From contig CAYMPD010000003.1 of the NCBI GenBank assembly GCA_964392445.1, positions 2,573 to 66,572 on the forward strand: a DNA stretch of 64,000 bases, read 5' to 3'. Shown piece by piece: positions 1-10,244 of the stretch. The position numbers were made by a program, and so were the translations under genes. Below the pieces are notes generated by a model. That model saw nothing but the letters and a program-made list of their open reading frames with translations, was not told the origin of the DNA and did not search any database. The stretch is from an uncultured archaeon. Lineage in GTDB: Archaea; Aenigmatarchaeota; Aenigmatarchaeia; CG10238-14. How positions within the stretch are numbered: the stretch's first letter is position 1; each line of letters starts with the position of its first letter.

Positions 1-13
1 CCTGAGGTTCCCA

Positions 14-409
14 TTGGAAAATATAAATGAAAAATTCTGGGAAATGATGGATATACTCAAAAATAATGATACTGAACTCAGTGAAACTGAACTGGAAGAT
101 TTAGGAAAATTTTTAAAATTCGTTGATAAAGAACTGGAGAAAAAAGTTCTCAAGTTGAAAAATTTAGAAATTGAAAAGAAGAATCTAGAAAAAAGAGTTA
201 AAAAAATCAGTTTAAAGAATGACAAAATCCTTAGGGATATTAAAAAGGGGAGAGAAAAGATTGAAGAGGATATTAGACGATTAAAGAGACAACTAGAAAG
301 TTTAGAAGAAGAGAGAAATGTCCTTGAAAAAAAGGTAAAGAAGGGTATTAAGATTTTAGGTATCATGTTAAGTAAGGTATGTAAAAATAAGATAAGGATT
401 AAAAATTGA
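14..409 (+). CDS. hypothetical coiled-coil protein (K/E-rich)
   Basis: 131-aa ORF; highly charged heptad-like EK-rich sequence; no catalytic motif recognised. Confidence 0.4.
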   Translation: MENINEKFWEMMDILKNNDTELSETELEDLGKFLKFVDKELEKKVLKLKNLEIEKKNLEKRVKKISLKNDKILRDIKKGREKIEEDIRRLKRQLESLEEERNVLEKKVKKGIKILGIMLSKVCKNKIRIKN

Positions 410-424
410 GAGAAGAAAAAAGAC

Positions 425-610
425 TTGTGTAGAATATTTGAAGGATATATTAAATTGGGGAAAAAGGGTGTTGTTTATTTACCCTTCACTGAAAATAGTT
501 ATGATATAGCGGTTAGTCATGGTGCGTTACATCATATCCCCGAGGAACTTGAGAGAATTATAAAAACAGTTCAACAAAAAAGGGGTTCATCACATATAGG
601 AAGAATATAA
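425..610 (+). pseudogene. fragment of SAM-dependent methyltransferase (C-terminal half only)
   Basis: 61-aa ORF contains VVYLPFTENSYDIAVSHGALHHIPEE, typical post-motif-II segment of class I methyltransferases; no upstream GxGxG-bearing ORF in frame. Confidence 0.3.
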
Positions 611-708
611 AATAGTTAATTTTAATTGGTTAGAAAATTTATTAGACGATATAGGTAAGATCAGGAAATAACTTACATTTGCTCAAAAAAAATAAAAACT
701 TTGAGTAA

Positions 709-2073
709 CTATCCTGCACCAGAACTTCCTCCACCACCGCCTCCACCACCGCCACCCGAGAACCCTCCACCAGTTGAGGTAGAAAAATTGAAAGCACCTG
801 AGGTCACAGTCATAGAATGAATTGTACTTGAAAGATTATTGGAAAGAATTGGAAATTGTTGTGGGGAAATTGTCCCTTTCATTACTCCAGTGGTCCCATA
901 ATACCATCCAACTCCTGAAACAGACTGATTAGTTTTAACTGCAAAGTCTTTCAAATTTTCTAATAGTTTTTCTGCGATCCCTAGTACTACCGCATAAACC
1001 AAGTATCTATCCCAAAGTTGAAGTAAGGTTGTTGGTGCGTTTTCCATTTCTGAAAAGTGGGTTATGAATTTTTTGAACGCTTTCCATTTTTTAACCTGGA
1101 GTGTGGATTCGGGTGTTCTCTTTGATATCGAGCCTGAGAGAAAATAGAGTATTAACATCGCTGGAATATAGAGGAAAAATGAAAAAAATCCACCAAAAAT
1201 AAAACCTAAAATACCGAAAATTAGTAAGAATATTAGATATCTTTTTCTTGCCTTCTCACTTTCTTTCACATATATTTTGAAGTATTTTTTCTCGAACCAA
1301 GATTTAGCTGATTTCGTAAAACCTAATAATTTTTTCCTGAAACTGGTGTGTCTCTTAGTCCATGATCTTATTTGGTTGGTATCAACCGTCTTATTATTAT
1401 CCGAGATTTGGTGAAAAAATAATTTGAAAATTTTCCACTCGAATGGTGTTAATTTTTCCTTTAAGTTTTTATTCCGTCCTTTCTTAGTCAATTCAAATTT
1501 GTGTATAGTGTTTTCAAACATCAAGAATTTTTTCTTCTCTTCTTTAATTACTAAAAAGCCTCTTACAGCAAAATCAAACAATGTTGCCATCAGACCCTTA
1601 GCCGACATCTGTAAACTAGGACCAGGTTTATCTAAAACTCCTACTAATGACATTGGTGGTATGTCCATCGGGGGTTCGTGCTCATATATTCCTTGATAAT
1701 CGACCTTGGGTTCAACACCATATTTAGCGTAGAAGAAAATTAGAGTTGCTATCGGAATTCCTAGAAAAACAATATTACCAACTGCTGAAATTATAGCTAG
1801 AATTTTCAGTGTTTGAGGTGAATCTCCTTTGAAAATCTTTTCCTCTTCCTTCAGGATATCCTCATAATTCTTTTTTGATGTCATTTGAACTTCTGGGAAA
1901 ATATCTGGTTCTGTCAGCATTCTCATTTCTACAAAAGTATCCTTAGGAACATCTTCGACCATAAATCTTGCTGAGGAGTTTTCATTGAAAAAAACTAATT
2001 CTTGTCCTTTACCCTGCGTGTGAACAAAAACCTTGAATAAGTCATGTGATGATTGAGGGAGATTGATATTCAC
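709..2073 (-). CDS. DUF2207-like membrane protein, C-terminal portion (TM segments, Gly-rich tail)
   Basis: Continues the upstream ORF in the same frame (…LQ VNINLPQSS…); multiple TM helices; C-terminal GGGFSGGGGGGGGGGSSGAG tail typical of DUF2207/TPM-type membrane proteins. Confidence 0.6.
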   Translation of the reverse strand: MNINLPQSSHDLFKVFVHTQGKGQELVFFNENSSARFMVEDVPKDTFVEMRMLTEPDIFPEVQMTSKKNYEDILKEEEKIFKGDSPQTLKILAIISAVGNIVFLGIPIATLIFFYAKYGVEPKVDYQGIYEHEPPMDIPPMSLVGVLDKPGPSLQMSAKGLMATLFDFAVRGFLVIKEEKKKFLMFENTIHKFELTKKGRNKNLKEKLTPFEWKIFKLFFHQISDNNKTVDTNQIRSWTKRHTSFRKKLLGFTKSAKSWFEKKYFKIYVKESEKARKRYLIFLLIFGILGFIFGGFFSFFLYIPAMLILYFLSGSISKRTPESTLQVKKWKAFKKFITHFSEMENAPTTLLQLWDRYLVYAVVLGIAEKLLENLKDFAVKTNQSVSGVGWYYGTTGVMKGTISPQQFPILSNNLSSTIHSMTVTSGAFNFSTSTGGGFSGGGGGGGGGGSSGAG

Positions 2074-2115
2074 CTGCAGATAATCTATTCTTTCGTGTTC
2101 TTCCTCAATTAACTT

Positions 2116-2505
2116 TCAATAAAATTCTGAAACGTCTTCATACCTTTCAACCTCACCCTCTATGGTGTAAATTATCTTGAATTTTATGTTCTCATTATTA
2201 GCACTATAATCCCATCTGACTTTTGTGTGCCGTGAATCTTCTTCTATATCAAAAGGAATAGACTGACCTGATCTCATATCAACAACATCAATCACATTCA
2301 CGTCATCAGCACCTGCTTTTTTGAAGTCTATGAATGCCCATGAAAAAGAACCATCGAAATTATAATCCCTTGTTTGTTCTACTAAAGCTGTGCCGTTCTC
2401 GTAGAAATCTAGGTTCATAAGGATAGAATCGTAGTGATAAGATTTGGAAAAGGTTATTGGGATTAGCAATAGTAAAATTACTAGAATTAACAGGTATTTT
2501 TTCAT
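2116..2505 (-). CDS. DUF2207-like membrane protein, N-terminal portion (signal peptide + extracellular domain)
   Basis: Signal peptide MKKYLLILVILLLLIP; N-domain ending ...YEDVSEFY then TGA; same frame as 709..2073 (one protein interrupted by a single in-frame TGA at 2116-2118). Confidence 0.6.
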   Translation of the reverse strand: MKKYLLILVILLLLIPITFSKSYHYDSILMNLDFYENGTALVEQTRDYNFDGSFSWAFIDFKKAGADDVNVIDVVDMRSGQSIPFDIEEDSRHTKVRWDYSANNENIKFKIIYTIEGEVERYEDVSEFY

Positions 2506-2551
2506 AAGGATTATTTTGTTTTTGAAGTTAAATGAATTGTTTTTTTAATTA

Positions 2552-3079
2552 CTAGAATTCTTCTAAATATTTCTTAGCCAAAATTTCTAATACTCCTCCT
2601 TCCCATTCTCTAGTCTTGATCAATTTTTTGACACAACTCAACAATTGTTTACTATTTAACATTTTTTCTCTGTAGAGTTCTATCAAGACTGCAATTGATA
2701 TTTTTAATTTGATATCTTTTGAAATAGCAAAACCTTCTAATTCATAAGCTGCACTTACATCATCCATTATTAAAGTTTTAATCTCATTTTCAATACAACA
2801 AATAATACATTCGCTCTCGCCTTGATCAACATTTTTTGATAAAAGTTTTTCGGTTTTTTTCCTATTCTTAATTTTCACAACTTTTATTTTTCCCTTCTTA
2901 ATCAACCCTAAAATCCTTTTTGCTGATTTTCCTTCCTTATCTTGATATTTACCTAGTTCTTTCAATTCATTTTTCACAACTTCAGGTATTGTTATCTCAA
3001 GGATTTTCAAGGATTTCTTCAATATTCCTATTAATTCTAAAGAAACTAAAGATGAGGTATCCATAACTATTTTTGTCAT
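2552..3079 (-). CDS. PIN-domain protein (VapC-like toxin candidate)
   Basis: N-terminal IVMDTSSLV… PIN-like acidic residues; overlaps upstream RHH gene by 4 nt. Confidence 0.5.
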   Translation of the reverse strand: MTKIVMDTSSLVSLELIGILKKSLKILEITIPEVVKNELKELGKYQDKEGKSAKRILGLIKKGKIKVVKIKNRKKTEKLLSKNVDQGESECIICCIENEIKTLIMDDVSAAYELEGFAISKDIKLKISIAVLIELYREKMLNSKQLLSCVKKLIKTREWEGGVLEILAKKYLEEF

Positions 3080-3369
3080 TTCAAGCCTTCCTCAAAAGAT
3101 TTCTTTGCAACTTCAACAAAAAATGCAATTTTTCTAGCTTCTTCGTAACCAAGAATTTGTACCATCTGCTCAAAAGATATTTTTCCCGAAGCGAATTTTT
3201 TAGAAACGTTCTCTTTAACTTCTTTCATCTCTGTTTCATGTTGTATGTATCTGATTAAGGCTTCTCTAACTATGTTTGATTTAGTTTCTAGTTTTATCCT
3301 CTCGAGTGTTTCTATTTTTCCTTTGAGTTCTGGATCTATTCTAACCGTTAATAATTCGTCTCTTTTCAT
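3076..3369 (-). CDS. ribbon-helix-helix (CopG/VapB-like) DNA-binding protein
   Basis: N-terminal LTVRIDPELKGKIETL…SNIVREALIRYI matches RHH beta-strand/helix pattern; translationally coupled to PIN gene. Confidence 0.5.
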   Translation of the reverse strand: MKRDELLTVRIDPELKGKIETLERIKLETKSNIVREALIRYIQHETEMKEVKENVSKKFASGKISFEQMVQILGYEEARKIAFFVEVAKKSFEEGLK

Positions 3370-3475
3370 ATGTAATACATTGTAATACTAATATAAAAAG
3401 TTATCTTTTTTAGTTTTCCTATCAGTAAAATAAACTTTCTATTAATATCTAAAATTCCCAGATTAAATTGATAAC

Positions 3476-4429
3476 ATGAAAGGGAGGATTTTAGTAACGG
3501 GTGGTACTGGAGCTATTGGAAGAAATTTGGTTCCTTTACTTCGAGAAAAGTATGGTAAGGATAAAGTTATTGTTGGTTATAACAGACGTTTACCAAAAGG
3601 TACCCTAGCCGATGGACCAATGGTTCAGATCGATGTTACTGATAAAGAAAAATTACGAAAAATAATTACTGAAAACCAAGTTACCAGTATCTACCATCTC
3701 GCCGCATTGCTGTCGGTCGCAGCCGAAAAAAATCCTGAACTTGCTGAAAGGGTAAATATAGGAGGACTTCAAAATGTTCTTGATATAATTACAGAAAAAA
3801 CTAAAGAAGGTAATCCAATTAAAATTTTTTGGCCAAGTTCGATTGCAGTTTATGGAGAAGATTTACCTTCAGAAAATGTTCCCGAAGATGTTGTCCTAAA
3901 ACCTATCACTGTTTACGGGAAAGGGAAAGTTAAAGGTGAAAAATCGATTTTAAAATTCTGTAAAGATAATGACATTGATGCAAGAGTTATACGTTTTCCA
4001 GGTCTTAATGGCCCGGGTAAACCAGGCCCAGGTACAACTGAATATGCAATTGAAATGATACAATCTGCTGCTAAAAATAATACTTACAAAGTACCATTAA
4101 AAGAAAACACCAGATTACCAATGATGGATATGCGTGATGCTGTTCGTGGTATTATGAAATTAATGTCAGCACCTAAAAATAAAATAGAAGTTGGTAAAGC
4201 TTACAATATAGCAGCATTTAGTTTTTCTCCCAAAGAACTTTTTAAAAATATAAAGGACTTTAATCCATCTTTTACAATTGAGTACCAACCTGATGAGCTT
4301 AAGCAGAAGATTGCTGATTCTTGGCCTGATAGTATAGATGATTCCCGTGCTCGTGAAAATTGGGAATGGGAACCTAAAATATCCCTAAAAGAAATGGTAA
4401 GAAATATCTATGATTACTCTAGGGATTAA
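3476..4429 (+). CDS. NAD-dependent epimerase/dehydratase family protein (SDR-type, L-threonine dehydrogenase-like)
   Basis: N-terminal Rossmann motif VTGGTGAIGRNL; YHLAA region; about 317 aa. Confidence 0.7.
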   Translation: MKGRILVTGGTGAIGRNLVPLLREKYGKDKVIVGYNRRLPKGTLADGPMVQIDVTDKEKLRKIITENQVTSIYHLAALLSVAAEKNPELAERVNIGGLQNVLDIITEKTKEGNPIKIFWPSSIAVYGEDLPSENVPEDVVLKPITVYGKGKVKGEKSILKFCKDNDIDARVIRFPGLNGPGKPGPGTTEYAIEMIQSAAKNNTYKVPLKENTRLPMMDMRDAVRGIMKLMSAPKNKIEVGKAYNIAAFSFSPKELFKNIKDFNPSFTIEYQPDELKQKIADSWPDSIDDSRARENWEWEPKISLKEMVRNIYDYSRD

Positions 4430-4439
4430 GTCTTAGTTT

Positions 4440-5147
4440 CTAAGAATTCTTTTTTGATATGAAAATTTCCTTGAAAAACTCTTCCTGCTCAGTATTAACC
4501 TTACCCCTAGTAGCCAAGTAAAGAATAGGTAAAAAGGTCTTAACTATCTGATCTCTATCCCAATCTTTGACCAATTTCGAGAACTCAATTTTCTCGGAAC
4601 CAATTTCAAGCAGAAAAGTATCTATCTCGGCCATCAATAAATTAATCCTTTTTTCGATGTCTTCTTCCTTTACATCTATTTGTTCCCTTAATCTTCTTCT
4701 CAATCTCCTCTTTTTCGTCTTTCTTCTTTTTTGGACTTTGACTGCCTTTTTCAGTGCTCCAACTAAATCATCCAAAGTAACCTTTCGTTTAACTATTCTG
4801 ACTGGGGCTGGTTCTAATGCCATTTGGTGTAATCTTTCCTTTATTTCTTCAAAAGATGTTAAATCATCTTCTAATTCTTCAAATGTATACTCTCTGGGTT
4901 TTCGTCTGATAGTCGGCCAAACAATCTCTGTTTTCAACTTAAGAAGTATTGCGACGACAAGGACAACTTTCGCAGGTATTCTGAAATCCAACATCTCCAT
5001 CTCTTCAATGTATTCCAAGAATGAATCTGTTAGTTTGATAAGATCAACATCCCAAGGATCCAAATCTTCCATCGTAACTATGTAAGAGATTAAATCCTCC
5101 CAAGACTCTTGTTTTATTATTCTTTCAAGAAGTAATTTTTCCTCCAT
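4440..5147 (-). CDS. scpA: segregation and condensation protein A (kleisin ScpA)
   Basis: 235 aa; acidic N-terminus and C-terminal winged-helix-like region; immediately downstream of smc in same orientation. Confidence 0.7.
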   Translation of the reverse strand: MEEKLLLERIIKQESWEDLISYIVTMEDLDPWDVDLIKLTDSFLEYIEEMEMLDFRIPAKVVLVVAILLKLKTEIVWPTIRRKPREYTFEELEDDLTSFEEIKERLHQMALEPAPVRIVKRKVTLDDLVGALKKAVKVQKRRKTKKRRLRRRLREQIDVKEEDIEKRINLLMAEIDTFLLEIGSEKIEFSKLVKDWDRDQIVKTFLPILYLATRGKVNTEQEEFFKEIFISKKNS

Positions 5148-5148
5148 C

Positions 5149-7650
5149 CTAACCAGCCTTTGTTTGAGGTAATTCTAATCCTAATATCTTTGACTCCCCA
5201 TTTTCCATCGAAACACCATAGACTCTATCACCCTGTTTAATCGTGTAATCATTATGTGTGATAACCAAAAATTGTTCTTTTTGGGATAGTTTCTTGATTA
5301 GTTCTGTTATTTTTTTAGTGTTGACCTTATCCAAAGCAGCGTCAACCTCGTCCAGTATGTAAAACGGTGCAGGTTTGTATCTCTGTATCGCAAACAAGAA
5401 TGCTAAAGCCGTCAGTGTTTTTTCTCCACCTGACATTGCATCTATATTCAAAAGGTTCTTACCCCCAGGGCTTGCCTGAATCAATAAACCACTTTGGATA
5501 TCAATTTCATCCTCAAGTTGAAGTGAGGCTTCACCATTTGCTAATTTCTCGAAAATGTCCCTAAAATTCTTATCAACACTTCTTAAACATTCGTAGAAAA
5601 CTTCCTTTTTCTTCCCTTCTATTTTTTCGATCATCTCAATTATTGCGTCTCTTTCATCCCGAATAGCATCATACTTCTCCTTCAGTTTGTCGAACTCACC
5701 CTTGAACTCATCATATTCCTCAATCGCTTTCATGTTAACTAACCCCAAGGAGTTTAATTCGGAAGTTGTTTGATCTATTTTTTCTTCTAGTAAATCTATT
5801 TTCTCATCAATATATTCTGCTTCTTCATACCTATCAACTTCTAATTTCAAGGAAGACATCTCAGCCTCAGTTTTAGCACCTCTTATTTTGAGTTTATTCA
5901 CTCTATCCAAAGCCTTAGCCCGCTCATCGAACAGTTGATTCCTCTCTTGTTTCATTAATGTCAATTGCTCATCTATCTTACTTCTTTCCTGATCCAAATC
6001 CAGAACGCTCTCGCTCTCTTGCTCGTATTTTTTTCTTAGTTTATCTAATTTTTCATTTAATTGCCCTATTTCTATTCTCAGGAAATTTATCTCCTCATTC
6101 AAATCTTTCTTTACCTGCTCATATTCTTCCAACTCTATCTCCGAGGTATCTGTTCTTTTTTTGTGGTAATGTCCCCCTATCATTGCACCTGATGTTTCGG
6201 CTAGATCCCCGTCCAAAGTAACCATCCTCATTCTACCTATACCTAATTCCCTAGCAACACCAAGATTTTCAACAACAACTGTACTTCCGAAGATGTGTCT
6301 AACAGCAGCAGAGTGTTTTGGGTCATATTTTAGAAGGTTTGATAATAACCCGATAACCCCTGGTCTTTTGAGAAGAGTTTTTTGCCTGTCTCTTAGCCTC
6401 CTCGGCTTGATTTTGTTTAAAGGTAAGAATGTTGCTCTTCCAATCTTTTGTTTTTTAAGGAAATTTATACACTCAGCCGCGGTGTTGGTGTTACTAACAA
6501 CCACGTTTCTAAGCCTTGAACCAGCAGATACTTCCACGGCAGTCCTGTATTCTTTTGGGATTTTAATTATACTAGAGATAGTTCCATGAACCTGAGGATT
6601 TTCTAAATTTAGTACTGTTTTAACTGCTCTTGAATATGAGCCTGATCTTGTTTGAAGTGCTTTTAGTTTATCTATCATTTTAGTTATTCTTTCTATTTCT
6701 CTTTCATCCCCCTCTATTCGGTTCTTGTTTCTGATGATTTTGTTTTTGATATCTTCTATTTCCTGTTTTATTCCGGCTTCTTTTGATTGAATGAAAACTT
6801 TCTCCGTGATTTCTTGTCTTCTTTTCTCCTCTGCTTCTATTTTTTTCTCGAGTTCTTTGACATCATTTTCCAATTGTTTTATCTTTGCTTCATTTTCTTT
6901 TATCTGGTCATCAATGCTATCATACTTGTTCTGCTCCTCTTGGTATTTTTTGTGAGCCAATGAAGCGTTAAACCTCTTTAAGTCTTCAACTAAACCCTTG
7001 TATTTCAAAGCTGTGTTTCTGTCCTGTTCGAGTGTTTGCAATCTTTCCAATCTTTCGGTAAGAATTATCTCCACTTCTCGCATTTTTTCTCCAACAGTCT
7101 CAAGATTTCCCATCGCCTTTTCTTTTTTATCGTCGTAAAAGGATATGCCAGCAACTTGATCAAGTATTTCTCTTCTACCCTCAGGAGACATTTCAATCAC
7201 TTGTGTAACATCGCCTTGCATTATCATGTTGAAACCATCGGGATGTATTCTCGCAGCAGAAAGAGTTTCCAAGATTTTTTCTCGGGTTGTAGTCTTACCA
7301 TTCAACTTGTAAACACTACTTCCTTTTTTGTTGACTTTTCTGGTGACCGTTATTTCAGAATCTTCGAATGGGAAAACTTCATTGGAATTATCCAACCATA
7401 AAGTTACAGAACCTTGTTCGGCTGCAGGAATTTTTTTGTTACCATGGTAAATTAACTCGTGTAACCTGTCAGCCCGCATTGACTTGGTCGAGACGGTCCC
7501 TAGAACGAAAGAAACGGCATCTAACAAATTCGACTTCCCACTCCCGTTCGGACCAGCTACCACGTTAAACCCTTCAAAAAGCGGAATAGAGACTCTTTTC
7601 CTAAATGACTTGAATCCTTGCAGTGTTATTTTGTTTATCTTCGTACTCAT
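5149..7650 (-). CDS. smc: SMC chromosome segregation ATPase (short form, 833 aa)
   Basis: N-terminal Walker A FNVVAGPNGSGKSNLLDA; long coiled coils; central hinge (GRATFLPLNKIKP); C-terminal signature LSGGEKTLTALAFLFAIQ and Walker B ILDEVDAALD. Confidence 0.85.
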   Translation of the reverse strand: MSTKINKITLQGFKSFRKRVSIPLFEGFNVVAGPNGSGKSNLLDAVSFVLGTVSTKSMRADRLHELIYHGNKKIPAAEQGSVTLWLDNSNEVFPFEDSEITVTRKVNKKGSSVYKLNGKTTTREKILETLSAARIHPDGFNMIMQGDVTQVIEMSPEGRREILDQVAGISFYDDKKEKAMGNLETVGEKMREVEIILTERLERLQTLEQDRNTALKYKGLVEDLKRFNASLAHKKYQEEQNKYDSIDDQIKENEAKIKQLENDVKELEKKIEAEEKRRQEITEKVFIQSKEAGIKQEIEDIKNKIIRNKNRIEGDEREIERITKMIDKLKALQTRSGSYSRAVKTVLNLENPQVHGTISSIIKIPKEYRTAVEVSAGSRLRNVVVSNTNTAAECINFLKKQKIGRATFLPLNKIKPRRLRDRQKTLLKRPGVIGLLSNLLKYDPKHSAAVRHIFGSTVVVENLGVARELGIGRMRMVTLDGDLAETSGAMIGGHYHKKRTDTSEIELEEYEQVKKDLNEEINFLRIEIGQLNEKLDKLRKKYEQESESVLDLDQERSKIDEQLTLMKQERNQLFDERAKALDRVNKLKIRGAKTEAEMSSLKLEVDRYEEAEYIDEKIDLLEEKIDQTTSELNSLGLVNMKAIEEYDEFKGEFDKLKEKYDAIRDERDAIIEMIEKIEGKKKEVFYECLRSVDKNFRDIFEKLANGEASLQLEDEIDIQSGLLIQASPGGKNLLNIDAMSGGEKTLTALAFLFAIQRYKPAPFYILDEVDAALDKVNTKKITELIKKLSQKEQFLVITHNDYTIKQGDRVYGVSMENGESKILGLELPQTKAG

Positions 7651-7685
7651 TTACCCTCACAGAAGTTATAGTTAAAATCAAATAA

Positions 7686-8084
7686 ATGTTATTAGGAAGA
7701 AAAGAATATATTTTTCCAAAAATTCAAAGGATATGTATGGTGGATCAGTCATTAGTGATGTTATCAGATATATTGGGTTTATCTGCGAAGGAATTATTAT
7801 ATCCTCAAGTTGTACTTACCGTAATTCTACCCGTGGTTGCTAACCTTATCTGTTTTTATAGTCTTCATAGGGAATTAAGAGTCTTTGGAAGAGGTACTTT
7901 GAATGATTTTATAAGCATCGGACTTGCTGTGATATTTTCCTTTTTCGCAGTAAGGCTTGGTTTTGTGGGATATGGATTGGCATCTATTGGTATTAGTTTT
8001 GTTTATTTTAAGAATGACGTTACTAGGTTATTGGTTGTAATTTTTTTACTTGGATTTTATACTGGAGTTAGTTTTTTGATTTGA
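7686..8084 (+). CDS. hypothetical membrane protein
   Basis: 132 aa, about 4 predicted TM helices. Confidence 0.4.
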   Translation: MLLGRKEYIFPKIQRICMVDQSLVMLSDILGLSAKELLYPQVVLTVILPVVANLICFYSLHRELRVFGRGTLNDFISIGLAVIFSFFAVRLGFVGYGLASIGISFVYFKNDVTRLLVVIFLLGFYTGVSFLI

Positions 8085-8140
8085 GAAAATTAGGTATCAG
8101 CTGTCGCTGTTGTTCTCTGAGTACCTGTTGAAAGACCACC

Positions 8141-8722
8141 TCAAATAGCATCATAACCTTCCCTTATGTTGTTAACTACGTTGCTGAAGAATTTTGGATT
8201 TCTATGTAAGAAATACAAAGCTCCTGCTGCGGCTAGAGTTCCTACAACCGCTCTTCTAGTTCTCAATTCTTTGTTTCTATCACGTAAAGTATACTCATGC
8301 CATAAAGTAGTGGCATAATCCATGAGAGTTCTCTCTTCTTCTGCTCTTCTCTTTCTTTTATTTAATTTTCTTTGTTCAGAAAAAGCGTACCAGGGTGTGG
8401 TTTCTCTCAATATTTCTACCTTCCCTAACTCAGAAGTGTTTCTCTCATATAATTCATCCCATTTTTTTTGAGCTTCTTGATAAGTTTTTATAGCTTCGGG
8501 TATATCCCCGCCTTCCATATTGCCTTGTACTCTGTGTATTTCTTCCTGCATAAGAACATATTTAGGTAGCCTATGATCAGTCTCATACGCGATACCATAC
8601 AATTTGTTTCTTTCTCTCCTTTGATTAGACCTTTCAATGTAACCAGGGAAAAAAGAGTCTCTTAAATTCTGGACAGCTGCTTCTAAAGGATCTAAAAGAT
8701 CTGCAAGCGCTTCAACCATCAT
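8141..8722 (-). CDS. hypothetical protein
   Basis: 193-aa ORF with charged helical regions and C-terminal hydrophobic segment; no motif recognised. Confidence 0.4.
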   Translation of the reverse strand: MMVEALADLLDPLEAAVQNLRDSFFPGYIERSNQRRERNKLYGIAYETDHRLPKYVLMQEEIHRVQGNMEGGDIPEAIKTYQEAQKKWDELYERNTSELGKVEILRETTPWYAFSEQRKLNKRKRRAEEERTLMDYATTLWHEYTLRDRNKELRTRRAVVGTLAAAGALYFLHRNPKFFSNVVNNIREGYDAI

Positions 8723-8787
8723 TAATCACTAATTAGTAATACCTGCAGTTATATAAATAATTTTCTATTGTATAGAATATAGGTTTT

Positions 8788-9528
8788 TTACTGTCTTTCC
8801 ATCTGTTGAATGCTGGCCCTTACTTGATCTATCCTTGCCTTAACTTTATCTAAATTACTTTCTATTTTAGCTTTTTTTTCTGCATCATCGGTAGCTGATA
8901 ACTGTCTAAGCAATTGAGCTTCTGTAGCCATTAATTCCCTAAGTTGACGCTTATCTTGTTTTATAAGTTCCCATTTGGTCTCTGCAATTTGGGCTTCAGC
9001 TCCCATGCTTCCCCTAGCTTTGATGAACAAGAACCAAATACCCGTGAAAAATAGAAGTGCCCAAATACCAAAAGCGTATATAGGACCTATAGTAAAGATT
9101 ATTCCAACAAAATAACCGAAAATATGAACACGTCCAATAAAAATTATCATAAGAAAACTAAGAACCACGTTAATCCAATCCATTCCTCTACCAAATATTC
9201 TTAGTCTACTCATAAAACCGAAAGTAACTAAAAATACGGCTACAAATGGAACTAAAATGTCCATTAGGAATCTTGGTGGTCCCCAATTTCTCTCATAATA
9301 ATTGTCTCTTCCAAGTACTCTAAAATTAAATGCTCCGAAAAAATTCATGTTTTGTGTTGACTGAGGGAAACCAAGCCAATACAGGAAAAAGTTCACAAAA
9401 CAATCATATAACCCTCCATTACCTATCCCAGAACAGGCTGGAGTAAGAGGGAAAGGTGGTATAAGCTCAGCAAAAACCCAACTAAAACTAAGTAGAATAA
9501 CTAAAGTAGTGACAAATATCTTTTTCAT
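8788..9528 (-). CDS. membrane protein with C-terminal coiled coil
   Basis: Signal peptide, about 5 TM helices, then 80-aa coiled coil (…AEAQIAETKWELIKQDKRQLREL…). Confidence 0.45.
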   Translation of the reverse strand: MKKIFVTTLVILLSFSWVFAELIPPFPLTPACSGIGNGGLYDCFVNFFLYWLGFPQSTQNMNFFGAFNFRVLGRDNYYERNWGPPRFLMDILVPFVAVFLVTFGFMSRLRIFGRGMDWINVVLSFLMIIFIGRVHIFGYFVGIIFTIGPIYAFGIWALLFFTGIWFLFIKARGSMGAEAQIAETKWELIKQDKRQLRELMATEAQLLRQLSATDDAEKKAKIESNLDKVKARIDQVRASIQQMERQ

Positions 9529-9623
9529 CTACTCCACTGCTAATTAATTAGAATTCCCAATTATAAATTTGTTATTAATCGAATTTACAAAACTTAAAAT
9601 AAACACAAACCCAAAAATAACTT

Positions 9624-10226
9624 ATGAACCACAAGCAACTACTAATACCACTAATTCTTACACTGCTGCTAATAACACCTGTGTTTGCTGGTTACCTAGA
9701 CAACTGGTGGAGATGGCTTCATGTACCGTCAGAGTATGCTAAAGCACCCGATCTTCTTTACTTCCTTATGTTACCTTTCCTAGCCATCTGGGCGATAACC
9801 TGGGGACTGCTCACAAAAATAAAAATGTTTGAAAATACTCGAATCAACATGCTTCTTGCTCTTATCTTTGCCACCGCACTGATGTATTATGGATGGATGT
9901 TCAAAGTGGTTCATTTTCTTTTGAGTTTCGGTAGTGTTGTTGCGTTTATTGCGTTTATTGTGGTTTTTATCGTCGGGATAAAATTGTACTCCGAAGGAAA
10001 GATTAAAGGAGACTGGAAAGGATCTGCTCTGAAGGAATTGAGACAGAAAGAGAAAGAGTTAAAAGAGAAAAGAAGACTCCTGAAAGATTATCAGGGGGAT
10101 TTGAGGGGCGCGAGTAAAGAGACTAGGGATAAATTAACTCCAACAATAGATGATTTAAAAAATGAAATAAAAGAATTGGAACAAAGAATAGACACTTTAA
10201 GGGGAACTGTAGAAACAGATAAATAA
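9624..10226 (+). CDS. membrane protein with C-terminal coiled coil
   Basis: Signal peptide, about 4 TM helices, C-terminal coiled coil; same architecture as divergently transcribed 8788..9528. Confidence 0.45.
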   Translation: MNHKQLLIPLILTLLLITPVFAGYLDNWWRWLHVPSEYAKAPDLLYFLMLPFLAIWAITWGLLTKIKMFENTRINMLLALIFATALMYYGWMFKVVHFLLSFGSVVAFIAFIVVFIVGIKLYSEGKIKGDWKGSALKELRQKEKELKEKRRLLKDYQGDLRGASKETRDKLTPTIDDLKNEIKELEQRIDTLRGTVETDK

Positions 10227-10244
10227 CATCAATTTATTTAACTT

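Noticed and set aside
1424-1696. 90-aa plus-strand ORF inside the DUF2207-like gene
   Set aside because: Antisense to a supported gene; low-complexity translation.
2116-2118. Genome-wide UGA recoding (code 4 or 25) suggested by the in-frame TGA in the DUF2207-like gene
   Set aside because: All other long genes in the window (polB 903 aa, smc 833 aa, hel308 729 aa, etc.) are uninterrupted, and the polB stop codon was checked to be TAA. A single-site event (mutation or sequencing error) is more parsimonious.
5367-7675. Several plus-strand ORFs (5367..5564, 5958..6221, 6293..6589, 7036..7401, 7368..7568, 7484..7675) inside smc
   Set aside because: They are antisense to a well-supported SMC gene and have low-complexity translations; treated as shadow ORFs.
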